Positions 39,683 through 51,642 of a DNA stretch of 64,000 nucleotides are shown here, piece after piece; the first letter of the stretch is position 1; every line of letters begins with the position of its first letter. Below the pieces are notes generated by a model. That model was not told the DNA's origin. It did not search any database and was given only the letters and a program-made list of their open reading frames with translations. The DNA lies in assembly GCA_964016885.1 (NCBI GenBank), contig OZ024757.1:9424001-9488000 (forward strand), in the 5' to 3' direction. A program made the translations under genes and the position numbers. Origin of the DNA: Eledone cirrhosa (taxonomy: Eukaryota).

Positions 39683-40367
39683 GTATATACAATGGTATAT
39701 ACAATGAAAAATATACTGTACAGGCGCCCACTATATATAGCTTTGTTAAAGGTATATGTTTTTTGAAAAAATATATTTCTTAGCACTTTTGAGCACTTCT
39801 GACCAATTTCAATGTAACCTGATCCCACCGCTAGCCTTTGTCCATGACGGGGTGGTAGTAGTACACTACAATCTTACGCCCTTTCACCAGAAAGACATAA
39901 CAAGACTTAGTAGTTCTCACTTGATGGCGGCCGACCGGACTAGAAACTACTAAATGTTTGGCAGCCTTCTTGTCTCTCTGCCTTTTCAGCCCCATGGATT
40001 ATGTCCTTTGTTATATTTCGAATACCTGATGATGTCACCGGGTTCATACTTAACCCGGCTATTGATATGTTCATAGTATAATAAACCTTTAAGGAATTAC
40101 ACCAGTCCAGCCTCCTGTTATTTTATAATAATTAACTCCGTACTCGCACCATCAACTACACAAGGTTGACCATACGGAATGACTAGTTCTATCCAGTGCT
40201 GAACCAACAAACCTAAATGAATATATATATAATATATATATATAACGAAGGAGGTGTGGTAAGGAACCATGTGGATCATAGCGCACCAGAGTACTCAATA
40301 CTTAGGGTAGTAGAGTGGGAAATAGGAAAAAGTTTAACCCCGACGGCAGAGCTCAAGCCGTTTCGAC

Positions 40368-40667
40368 GTCACGGACATTTCAACGCATTAGAGACAATAT
40401 GTCTAACTCCAGTGCGCCAATAACTTGTGAAAATTATTGGGGAAGGAAAAAAGGAGAGAGAAAAAAATTAAATAGAAAGAAAAAAAAAACAAAGGCAGAA
40501 AGGAGAGACCCCCACCCCCTTTCAGTATATTCTCTGCATTTTTATTCTTTTTTTCCCTTCTGTTTAATTTTTTTCTCTCTCTTTCTTTCCTTCCCCAATA
40601 ACTTTCACTGGTTTTTGGCGCACTAGAGTTAGACATATTGTTTTTAATGCGTTGAAATGTCCGTGAC
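40368..40667. repeat. ~300-bp imperfect foldback (MITE-like or pLTR-derived)
   Basis: GTCACGGACATTTCAACGCATT... is mirrored by ...AATGCGTTGAAATGTCCGTGAC. Confidence 0.8.
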
Positions 40668-40786
40668 TTCCAGCAGACAACTGAAGAAGGAACTCTCCCC
40701 CGTTTGTGCGTTCCTTTTATTTTTAAATACACTTTATCAAGTAACCACACAGCCCCTTTGTTCTTATATATATATATGTGTGTGTA

Positions 40787-42680
40787 TATGATGGCTGCAA
40801 ACTCGTGTTCGAGCATTGCCATCGCCTGATAAGATGCACAAAAATGTGGGGCATGAATGTGGCTCTTTAAACCAGCCAAAGACTTGCACCCTCTGGCATA
40901 CACATGGCAACTGTAGCCTCCTCCGGGACTTTCCATTGCTTCGTTCTGGCTGTGTGTTCTCATGTGTCTTATGAGACCTCCCATGCTAACACATTCCTTA
41001 CACCTTTTCAGATCATAATCAACATGAGGTCTACTGATATGACTTTCTTTGTGTCTAGTAAAACCAGCTTTACTCAGGCAGACTTGACCACAGTGCTGGC
41101 AAGCCAGATGATGTTCAACAGCAGGCAGTTCAGAACAGTACCTTTTCCTTATATTCCTTTTCAGTGTTAGGTGTTCTCTTCGATGAGTTTCAAAGTGTTC
41201 ACTACCTGACTTGATCAACATCTCCACTTCACTCGCTCCTCAGTCATTTTTCCCATTTGTCAGATGAAATTCCAGCACAAGCCAAGGTGCCCCTGACAGT
41301 CCCGGTACCGCATGTTTGGTTTGTGTAGTGGTCGCCTTCCTTCACACAGTTCTCTGTAGAGAAGTTGTTTTTGAATGCGATCATCAGATATCCGAACCAC
41401 GTGTCCATACCACCTCAACCGGTGCTGAAAGATCATGCTCTCTATAGTCACACACCTGCTCCTTTCGAGAATTTCCAAATCACTGACGAACATTTTCCAT
41501 CTCACCCCAAGTAACTTACGAAGAGATTGTTGGTAAAATCTGTCCAGTTCCTTGGGGTGCTTTCTGTATGTGATCCACGTTTCACAAGCAAAGAGGAGAC
41601 GGCACAAGTCAGATAAACTTTCGCCATAGTTTCGATAGTAATACCTCGTCGGGATCATAAACGTTCATGCAGCCGTCCAAAAGCATCACTGACTTTCTTG
41701 AATCTTAAGGATATTTCATCATCCAGCGTACTACCAAGATACACACACTTCTCAGATACTTTTAGCCTCTTTCCGTACATGTACACACTTAGTGAGTTTA
41801 CTCTTTCCAGGTGCTGGCTGATACATCACAGCAGTCTTTTCCAAGCTTATTATCAAGCCCAAAGCGCTGTAAGTTTAAGAAAAAGAGTTCATAATATGCT
41901 GGATGTCACTTTGTGTGTGCAAAAACATCGCAGTCATCTGCATACAAAAACTCTCGTATTATAGATGTTAATACCTTTATTTGCATCAAAGCGCCTGATG
42001 TTGAACCACCTTCCCGAAGTGTGATACCTGATGTAAACCCCATGCGAACAGTTCTTCCTGAATGCCATGAGAAACACTATTGTAAAATACTGGAGCCGGA
42101 ATGTCCCCTGCTTCACGCCACTTTCAACTGATATTGGTTCAGAGATGTTACCACCAATACTGACCCAAACCTTCATGTCATCCTGAAAAAGACGCAGAAT
42201 CTTCACTAACTTTGGAGGGCGGAAAAGCTTTTCCAAAATGTTCCACAATGCAGTTCGACTGACGGTGTCAAATGCCTTTGTCAAGTCAACAAAGACCTGG
42301 TAAAGGTCCATACATTGTTCAATACACTTTTCTTGCAGCTGCCGAACAGAAACGATCATATCCACTGTTCCTCTTTCGTTTCTGAACCCACACTGCGACT
42401 CAGGCAACACATTCAGAGAAACCCCTCATACCAAACTATCCATCAAAATTTGACAAATGACTTTACCAACTACTGAAAGAAGTGATATGCCACGATAATT
42501 GCCACATTTGTCCTTCCCACCCTTTCCTTTATGGAGAGTCACCATGAGTGCATCCTTCCGATCTTGTGGGACATTCTCATCTTCCCGCACCTTTCTCATG
42601 AGGTCAGTCAAGCGTTGCGTGATGTTTTCACCACCGCACTTCAAAGGGCGGAGAAACTCAATAGAGTCAACGGCCATCCG
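40787..42680 (-). mobile_element. RTE-clade LINE, 5'-truncated and decayed
   Basis: NYRGISLLSVVGK, LPESQCGFR..RGTVDM..RQLQEKC..FVDLTKAFDTV, LRWYGHVVR..KQLLY.EL; C-terminal C2H2-like fingers. Confidence 0.9.
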
Positions 42681-43699
42681 AATACTGTGTACATGTGTGT
42701 GTGAGTGTGTGAGTACTCATTCTGTATATGCTTATGTATATGCATTTTTGAATATATATATATATACATACATAAAAATAATAAAATAAGATGCTGAGGT
42801 TACATATATCGTTTAATCATAATAATTATTTCTACGGTTCTCCATGCAATCGAGATTTCTTCATGCATTTGCTGTTGATTATGAGAACGGTTTCCTCAGA
42901 TGAAGATCGATATATTTGATATGCCGCTGGCAGGAAAACACACATCCTAATGCCTGTGCTCCCATCATACATATGAGTTCCTTGAAGGGTTTGCCAGCCG
43001 TCGCGTTTGTTAGAAAAAGCTATCACCGAAAAAAGACGAAAAGAACGAAGAACCGTGTGTAACCAAAACCCAGTAGACAGTTGACGACCACCTACAGACA
43101 ATAACAACAACGACATCGACAACTACAACAACAACAACAATGACAATAACATCAAACCGCCGACCAAAGTTATCCACACTGGTCGCAATAGTCGTGCTGA
43201 TACCATCACCCTATTGACAACAACAACTAAAACAACAGCTACAGTAAACACACTTACAACGACAAATGCAACAAACGACAACAACAGCAAAAACACAGAC
43301 CAGCGTCGTGTATACAGGTCGTAGTCGTCATAGTGACGGTACCACCCTGTTGACTGTAAACAGCGATAACGCCAAAGCAATAAAAAGGAGTTTAGAGGTA
43401 GGTGGGTACACAGAGTTGGTGGTATCAGTCACCATGACCATAAACAGTAACAACAACAATGACAGCGACAACAAACACCAACACCGCCCATCACCCATCC
43501 CGTTCGTTGCAGTAGTGGTGGTATCAACTATGTCAGTATTAAGCCATTGGTAACACCAATAACAACAACAAAACCAGCGATGACCCCCACCACGGCGACG
43601 GCGGCAACAGGAAAACAGCCACGTTTCCATGAAAATTAAACTAACCACAATAGTAGTCCGTTGAAACAAGGAGGTGAAAATGGGATAGAAAACATAGAT

Positions 43700-44478
43700 G
43701 GGTATTTATATATATAAAAAACATTCCCAGTTAATACAATCCTCCTCTATCATTGGAAGGGACAAGGCCAGCAATGATCATAGCATTCAGTCCCAACCAC
43801 AGTGGCAACAATACTATCAAAAGGGCTGTTAGGCCATGGAAGAGAGTTACGGGAAGCGAAAGTAGGAACAGGAACAAATAGAAGAAATGAGAACACATAT
43901 AAAGAACACAATAATAAAGGAACGGGACAAAATACATAAAACAAAAGAGCAGTAGGTATATAAACAGAGGAATAGGGAACAAAGGACAAGAAACAAGTAC
44001 ACATAGAGACTTCAAGTGTGCAAACAGGATATCCAAGGTTCGCCTGACGCTGGGGTTGCCGCGAGGCTATGCCCGGCTTCTATGGACAAGATTGCAAAAG
44101 TGTTCAACTAGCACCACTACTTTGCTAGTCCGTACAGTTTGAGGAAGGTTCCAGAAAATATGTGGAGGCAGATGCCGAAGAGGTTACTCCTTTTATTGAT
44201 AACTCGAGCTCCCCTCTTGATTATTTCCATAATCTCGGTGACACACAAATCGCACGAGTCATGTCCACCCCCTCTGTAGGGTTGAGCCGATGCTACCTTG
44301 GACCACAACATGGTGAATTCTACGTTATCCCGTTTGAGACGCCACACTAGTTCCGAGAGGGCGGTGCTGTGCTTCTTATCCGCCCTCCTAAAGGTGTGGC
44401 AGTGATTGTACCAGCGTTCCTTAAACTTATTAGCCGTGGCTCCGATATAGGTGAAGGCATGGTTGCTGGTATTGTAAT
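43700..44478 (-). mobile_element. Penelope-like GIY-YIG 3' fragment with 3' UTR (a third family)
   Basis: TYIGATANKFKERWYNHCHTF..STALSELVWRLK..CDLCVTEIMEI..CLH; left boundary approximate. Confidence 0.75.
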
Positions 44479-44576
44479 ACATATACATACATATAAAGAA
44501 ATTCCTTCTCAAATATAAAACCTGGTAAGGTGTAGGTGAAAACGTTATATCAGCTCAAAATTCGGTAATATATTAT

Positions 44577-44760
44577 AATTGTTTCTACGTTTGGCACAAC
44601 GCCAGCAATTAAACCAGTACATTACTGGTACTTTATTTCATCGACCCCGTAAGGATGAAAGGCAAAGTTAACCTCGGCGGGATTTGAAATCAGAATGGTA
44701 AGGGCCGTAACTCTATACGTCAAGGCATGACGTCCGACCCTCTACCGATACTGCCAATCC
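44577..44760 (-). mobile_element. tRNA-derived SINE (ATT-tailed family)
   Basis: Aligns with 7881-8066. Confidence 0.85.
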
Positions 44761-45278
44761 AAATAAACTGTAGTCATGGCTACATATAATATTTCTTTAA
44801 AAACAATTTTTCAAAAAAATATGTTTATGAATTCCTATTGTGTTAAATTATTTACACATGGAGCAAATTATTCATTAAATCAATGATTATAAGACGTAAG
44901 TCAAACGAGGATGAAACATTTGTAAATCAAATTATGATGTGTATAATTGTTTGGTAGTATATTTTAATGAATGTATATATATATATATATATATATATAG
45001 TACAATTAAAAAAAATATGATCAACACTAATGTGTTTTTTTTTTGTTTTTTTTTCAAAATGAGAATAATTTTTTAGCCAGATAGAAATACCTTAATTAAT
45101 GTACATATAGTCCGCCTGTATCGATCTAGAAAATATTAAATATTAAATCTATACTTACAGACGTAAAATGGCAACTATATATATATATATATATATATAT
45201 CCCCGATCACTGACCACTCCCCGAAAAATAGAATTTACAGATTTCTTTATGCACACAGTCTGCCCATATATGGACTTT

Positions 45279-45374
45279 AACCCCTGAGGAAACAACCTAG
45301 ATTCCCGCCGCCCGAATGCCGGCGCTTCAGTTCGGGTCTAGTTGTTGAAACGGCCCGAGCTCAGCTATCGGGGT
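45279..45374 (+). ncRNA. Type I hammerhead motif, slightly degenerate
   Basis: accc CTGAGGA aacaac-ctaga..tctag-ttgtt GAAAC ggc-ccgagctca-gct ATC gggg; a related half-motif GAAACGGC..GCCGTC lies on minus at 40333-40367. Confidence 0.6.
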
Positions 45375-45407
45375 CCCGAATTTTTCATATATATATATGT
45401 GTGTGTG

Positions 45408-45509
<102 letters not shown>

Positions 45510-45921
45510 GGAGAGAGAGAGAGAGAGCGAGAGACGGGAAGAGAAGAAGAGGAAGAGAAATATGGAGCAAGAGAAAGAGAAAGAGGTATTCTGGTGTCGT
45601 TGACGGTGATCTATTACTCCGTAGACTTGACACTGGTGAGTGGCACGGTTGACATCCACTTATTTTATGCTGCTACTGCTGGTACTTCTTTCTCCCAATT
45701 GTATGGACTGAAGCAACAAGAAATAAAGTGTCTTGTTCAAGGACACAACCTGATGCTCGGTGGCATGCTGTCGCGTAAGAGAAAAAAAGTCCTTCATACC
45801 TGTCAATGCTTAATCAGGTCAGAGGTTCTCAAACTTTTTGAACCACCGCTCCCGTCACGGCCACATAATACCCTCAGTGCACCCCATTTCCAGAGAGACC
45901 TTCCTACACTGAAATTGTAGA

Positions 45922-46567
45922 TCTAAACTATAATAAAGTAAGGAGTGCGGGACGGCGTACGGTTTATTTCTTTTAATCCAGTTAGTAAAATAAGTTGGAT
46001 TACTTTGAATAAATAATTGTTTCTTCTTTTGGCACAAGGCCAGCAATTAACCAGTGCATTACTGGTACTTTATTTTATCGACCCCGTGAGGATGAAAGGC
46101 AAAGCTAACCTCGGCGGAATTTGAATTCAGAATAGCAAGAGCCGTAACTCTATGCGTGAAAGCATGCGTCCGACCCACTAGAATGAATATTACATAATTT
46201 ATCTACTGAATTTCGTAGCTGTTGATTGAATATATTTTGTTGCTTATTTTAAGATTAACTTCTTTAAAATTTCTAAATGTCAACACTTCCGGTTAGCGAT
46301 CGCTTAAATAAACATTCATATATTTCCGTCAATAATTTTCTCCTAATGCAGTTTATATATAATATCGTCTTTTTTTAATGTATCATAGATTACGTTACTG
46401 ATTACATAAAAGACTGTAACACAGTCTTCGTTCAATTTCTGTGTAAATTGCCAATTACAGTTTTATTTGATGTATCATATCTACATGCATGTATACTTGC
46501 GTATAATATCAATATGCACACTACACATGCTAGCAGAAAACCACCCGAGGGATGGTTTTTCTGCTAG
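45922..46567 (+). mobile_element. Non-autonomous Helitron-like element
   Basis: A|TCTAAACTATAATAAA start; terminal hairpin CTAGCAGAAAACCA..TGGTTTTTCTGCTAG|T; no TSD; second copy at 48625-49319. Confidence 0.72.
46015..46180 (-). mobile_element. ATT-tailed SINE inside the Helitron (5' part missing)
   Basis: Aligns with 44577-44745. Confidence 0.82.
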
Positions 46568-47639
46568 TAATATATAATAAATAGAACCGTTAATTTATAT
46601 ATAATAAATAATTTAATATATACTATGTACAAATAAATATATATTTTTTTATCTTACTATATTTATATATAATATGTATCATTTGATATTTAATATACTA
46701 TATCATTTCTACCGCCACCTCACCCCTTATGTCACAGCGCCTCCTGGACCTTCTGAACGCCCCCGGGGAGTGGTTGCGCCCACTTTGAGAAACTTTGATT
46801 TAGGTCAACGTTAATTGAGCTGACATGTGATAAAAGGTATTCTAGTCGACACTTTATTTAGTGTATATAGAACTACACTAAGACGGGACAGTGAGAATGG
46901 AGAGGATTTAGCTTCTATTTTTAGTAGGTCAGACAACCTGGTGGTGGAGTTTGGGATAATATTTTCTCTCTGGTTCCACTTACTTTGTTTACAGCACAGT
47001 TATGGTAAATTTCCCTCAATATCTCAATATCTCAATATCTATAGCTCTCCGTATTTCTTATATATAATGTATGTACATTTATCTTTGTTCCAGTTCCAAC
47101 CCGACATAAGCCAATAATTCTCTTCTGAAATTCACTTCTTTCTCAGTATTACAGATAACTTCTGGAGTTTTTTTGTTTTTTTCGATGTAGACAAATCGAA
47201 AATAGAGAAATTTCATTGCTGCTTCTAGTTGTTGTTGATCCTAGTAAATAACAACTGGTCGATAAAAAAAAGTACCAGTCAAATATGAATGCCGATTCTT
47301 CCTCTATATATGTTTCTCACTTCCTCTCTTTCACTCTCTATGCTTCTCTGGGAGAAATTTGATGTAATCAGACCTGAAGATGAAGTGGGCTCCGTCAGGC
47401 TTAAAAGTGCCATAGAAAAGCCGTATGTCAATATGGCGCCCCTATGATCCTTCGGGAATAACGGGATCATTCATGCAAACTACAACAGAATTGTTGTAAA
47501 AGAAATGAGAGTGGATTTAGTGACGAAATAAACAGAAATAGATAGAACTTGTCTCTTTGGAATATTCCCAACTTATAATGTTTCACACAATGTTATAATT
47601 TTGAACCTTTCAATATCATTCTAGAGAATAAGTGCAACA

Positions 47640-48600
47640 TGGCCTTGGACAGACAAGCGACCAACACCACTTCGCACGTTTTCGCTCGGCCTCGCGACTT
47701 CACAGTGGTGCCTAGTTCAATGTCTTACCCTCCTTTTCAACTGGCACGCATCTGGATAATAGCCTATGCATCGGGGCTTCCCTGAGGCCTCCGGATCTGC
47801 AAGCCACACAAGTGTCGCTGCGGATCCACTGTATACTTTTTCGGCCTCCATCCGCTCTACTGTCGATACGCCATGCTGCTTTCAACAACGTCATAAAACA
47901 TGGTTTGGATGCTGCAGGCTTCCCATCTCAGCTCCAGCCAGTGGGTTTGGACCGAGGGGACGGCAAAAGGCCAGACGGCATTACCAGCTTCCTATTCCGT
48001 GGTGGTAAACAATTATTTATTCAAAGTAATCCAACTTATTTTACAAACGGGATAAAAAAATATATTCTGGACGCAGTCCCGCACTTCTTACTTTATTATA
48101 GTTTAGATTACTATAACAATAACCGTGTCTGGGATGCCACATTCAGCGACATATTCTCCACAGGCAACCTGGTACATGCTGCGACGAACCCAGGCTCTGC
48201 TACGTTGCGGCTGAGAAGGATAAACTCTCCAATTATCAGTCGCTCTCTGGCAGATTTGCAATCGAGCCCCTAGCAGTGGAGACTTCTGGTGTCCTTGGCC
48301 CTAGGGCTACCTCCCTACTCACCACCATAGGCACTGAGCTGGCCAACCACAGGTGTGAGCTTCGCGAGATGGAATGGCTCTTCCAGCGCATCTCCCTCAC
48401 CATCCTCCGAGGAAATTCCCTTTCTATTCTGTCCACCGGGACCGCGGGTGGTTAGCGTGTGGGACCCCAATAGCTTATAATAGTGAGAGATGGGGAGGGT
48501 GGGAGTGACGGAGGTAATGACAGCGGGAGTTTGGTTCCTCTCTGTTCCGACCTGGTACAAATGTGTGTGTAATTTTACACTCATTTTCGGCTTTTAATAA
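47640..48600 (+). mobile_element. CRE-like RLE non-LTR retrotransposon 3' fragment
   Basis: CRCGS..H..C, RHAAFN, GLDRGDGKRPDGIT, VWDAT, PLAVETSGVLGP, LFQRISLTILRGN; further 3' UTR copies at ~50295-50530 and ~51490-51580. Confidence 0.78.
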
Positions 48601-48624
48601 GAAATTTGTTTTTCATTACTAGTA

Positions 48625-49319
48625 CTAGCAGAAAACGACCCTCGGGTGGTATCTGCTAGCATGTGTAGTGTGCATATTGATATTATATGCAAGTATATAT
48701 GCATGTAGATATGATACATCAAATAAAATTGTAATTGACAATATACACAGAAATTGAACGAAGTCTACGTTACACTGTCTTATGTAATCAGTAACGTAAT
48801 CCATGATACATTAAAAAAGACGATATTATATATAAACTGCATTAGGAGAAAATTAGTGACGGAAATATATGAATGTTTATTTAAGCGATCGCTAACCGGA
48901 AGTGTTGACATTTGAAAATTTTGAAGAAGTGAATCTTAAAATAAGCAACAAAGTTATTTATATTTAATGAACAGCCACGAAATTTAGTAGATAAATTAAG
49001 TAATATTCATTCATTATTTATTCAAAGTAATGGCAGTAGATAGGTGGATTGGCAGTGTCGGTAGAGGGTCGGACGCCATGCTTTCCAGCATAGTTACGTC
49101 CCTTTATGATCTGAGTTCAAATCCCGCCGAGGTTGACTTTGCCTTTCATCCTTACGGGGTCGATAAAATAAAGTACCAGTAATGCACTGGGTAATTGCTG
49201 GCCTTGTGCCTAAAGTAGAAACAATTATTTATTCAAAGTAATCCAACTTATTTTACAAACGGGATAAAAAAATATATTCTGGACGCAGTCCCGCACTTCT
49301 TACTTTATTATAGTTTAGA
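48625..49319 (-). mobile_element. Second copy of the Helitron-like element, inverted relative to the first
   Basis: Same TC start and hairpin-CTAG end; colinear with 45922-46567. Confidence 0.72.
49032..49226 (+). mobile_element. Full-length ATT-tailed SINE with 19-bp TSD
   Basis: TSD ATTATTTATTCAAAGTAAT at 49013-49031 and 49224-49242; B-box-like GAGTTCAAATCC. Confidence 0.9.
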
Positions 49320-49487
49320 TTACTATAACAATAACCGTGTGTTATATGCGGTTTAAAGATTTATAAGTGTCAACTTTCTTTCTTATCAATCACAACGTCA
49401 CAAAGATTCTGTGGATATTTTCTTCTTTTTATTTTAACATCAACCGACAGAGATTTTATTTATTAAATATTAATCGGTACATCGATT

Positions 49488-49640
49488 GATGGTGAAATAC
49501 AGAGTCTTAGAACATCAGATATAATGCTTTATGGTATTAGTTCAGACTCTCTACTCTCTGAGTTCAAATCCCGCTGAGGTCAACTTTGCCTTTCATCCTT
49601 TCCAAGTCGATAAAAAAAATGTACCAGTCAAGTACTGGGG
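49488..49640 (+). mobile_element. Related tRNA-derived SINE with the same body and a different 3' part (..GTACTGGGG)
   Basis: GAGTTCAAATCCCGCTGAGGTCAACTTTGCCTTTCATCC; other copies on minus at 54141-54288 and 60268-60422. Confidence 0.75.
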
Positions 49641-49899
49641 TTGATTCTTTTTCTATATTTCTTTCTCATACGCTCTCCCTGTTACTCTTTCTCATTCTCT
49701 AGAAGAAATCGGATGTGTTCAGACCGGGAGACAGGTCGGGCTCCGCCAGGTTTTAAAAAAGTGCCCAAGAAACGCCGTACGACTCCACCAAGAGTTACGG
49801 GTTCATACATACATACATACATACATGCATACATACATATACTCACGCCTTCTCATCTTCTCTACTCTCTTGTTCTTGGATTGAGATTAGAACAATTTA

Positions 49900-50265
49900 A
49901 TTAGGCAGCTTGTCTCGAATGGACCTCCGTCTGTCTCGACGACGAGTGTCCCAGTTGTTCGATCAACTGAATAGCCGGCTCCTGAAATGATTGTATCAAT
50001 CGTTGTGTATTCTACAGACACGGACACCTTTAACGTAATTCACAGGGAAATTTGGAGTGTCCTAGTGTGTGACAAGGCTGGCCGCTTCAGTTACAGTCAC
50101 AGTTCATCCGACGGGCTTCCAAACAGTTTCAGTCTACCCAGTATCACTCACAAGAATGAGGTATATCCAAAGCTGTGGTAAATAACACTTACCCAAGATA
50201 ACACACGATGGGATCAAACCCGAGACCTTATGATTGTGAAGCGAGTTTCTTAACCATTCAGCTAT
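49900..50265 (-). mobile_element. tRNA-derived SINE of a different family (CORE-like segment)
   Basis: Minus strand: TAGCTGAATGGTTAAG (A box) .. GGTTTGATCCC (B box) .. CTTGGGTAAGTGTT; 3' boundary approximate. Confidence 0.6.
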
Positions 50266-50714
50266 GATACATTCACAAGCTGATATAGAGTTTCTTCGGG
50301 AAAATGCCTTCTCTATTGTCCGCCGGGTCTCGCGGGGCGGCCAGCGCGTGGAACCCCATTCGCACATAATAGTGAGAGATGGGGAAAGCAGGAGTGACGG
50401 AGGTGATGGCAGTGGGAGTTTGGTTCCTCTGTATTCGGACCTAGTGTACATGAGAAATGGGGAGGGTGGGAGAGATGGAGGCGATGACAGTGGGAGTTTG
50501 GTTCGGACCTGGTGTACATTTGTGTGTGACTATTTAATAGTAATTTTGTTTCTTTTATATGTTGGATTATTAAACGTCACTTGTAATAAAACAAAGCTCT
50601 ACGTTTATAGACATAGTTTAACCAAACTGCTGACTTATAAGTTTCTGCTGAGTGGGTGTTTTCTTTCTTGGTTAAAAAAGGTTGTTCAAAATATGGCAAT
50701 AACCTAATTTTGAC

Positions 50715-51303
50715 AATCGTCTTTTTTAGATATATAGTTTGATGTCTTTTTAAACATACAGTTTGGTTTCTTTTTAAATATACAGCTTGATATCCTTTTA
50801 AACATACGGTTTGGTGTCTTTTAAAACATAGTTTGGTGTCTTTTAAAATATACTGTTTGATATATTTTTGGTGGTGGTTTGGTGTCTTTTTAGACATACA
50901 GTTTGATATCTTTTTAAACATAGTTTGATATCTTTCTAAACATACGGTTTGGTGTCTTTTAAAATATAGAACTTGATATCTTTTTAAACATAGTTTGGTG
51001 TCTTTTTAAATATACAGTTTGATATCTTTTTAAACATACAGTTTGGTGTCTTTTTAAACACATAGTTTGAAATACGCAGTTTGATATCTTTTTAAATATA
51101 CAGTTTGATATGTTTTTAAATTTAGAGTTTAGTATCTTTTTTTTTAATTTACGGTTTGGTGGTCCTTTTAAATATCGTTTTGATATCTTTTTAAACATAC
51201 AGATTGGTAACTTTTTTTTAATTTACAGTTTAGTATCTTTTTAAATACAGTTTGGAATCTTTTAAAATATACAGATTTTTTAAAATATAGAGTTTGGTAT
51301 CTT
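50715..51303. repeat. Degenerate ~24-bp AT-rich tandem repeat (TTTTTAAACATACAGTTTGGTGTC)
   Basis: Read directly; more than 20 imperfect units. Confidence 0.85.
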
Positions 51304-51642
51304 TTGTAGTTCAAATCCAGTACCAGAATTGAACTATTAAGACCCTTACCATTACACTTCAGTGAAAGTCTATGTTAGAGATACTTCCTTACTTGTATTC
51401 AACCATGAAAGGGATTGTTTTAAAATTCTTATCTTTATTTTAGCCTAAATTCCTGAGATGGAGCTTATTTAACAAACAGTGTTATCATTTGCTCATAATA
51501 GTGAGAGATGGAGAGGGCGAGAGAGACTGATGTGATGACAGTGAGAGTTCGGCTCCTCTGTATTCGGACCTGGTGAACGTGTCTGTATTTGCTTCTATTC
51601 ATTTGATATGACATATTCTAAACTTGTCATCAACAAACAACT

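Larger units (their letters stand above)
45820..46797. mobile_element. hAT-type MITE interrupted by a Helitron
   Basis: TIRs CAGAGGTTCTCAAACT / ACTTTGAGAAACTTTG; degenerate 8-bp TSD AATCAGGT / ATTTAGGT. Confidence 0.68.

Noticed and set aside
40020-40085. Hammerhead at CTGATGA with hairpin CCGGGTT/AACCCGG
   Set aside because: GAAA half of the core is missing; at most a decayed remnant
40403-41227. Host C2H2 zinc-finger gene
   Set aside because: It is the RTE C-terminus reading through into unrelated repeats
43057-43670. Possible mucin-like or membrane protein exon
   Set aside because: Degenerate (ACA)n low-complexity DNA with short ORFs in several frames and no splice or domain support
49032-49130. 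tRNA gene
   Set aside because: B-box-like motif belongs to a SINE head; no cloverleaf, and it has a SINE body and TSD
50685-51198. Lys-rich repetitive ORFs
   Set aside because: Translations of the 24-bp tandem repeat
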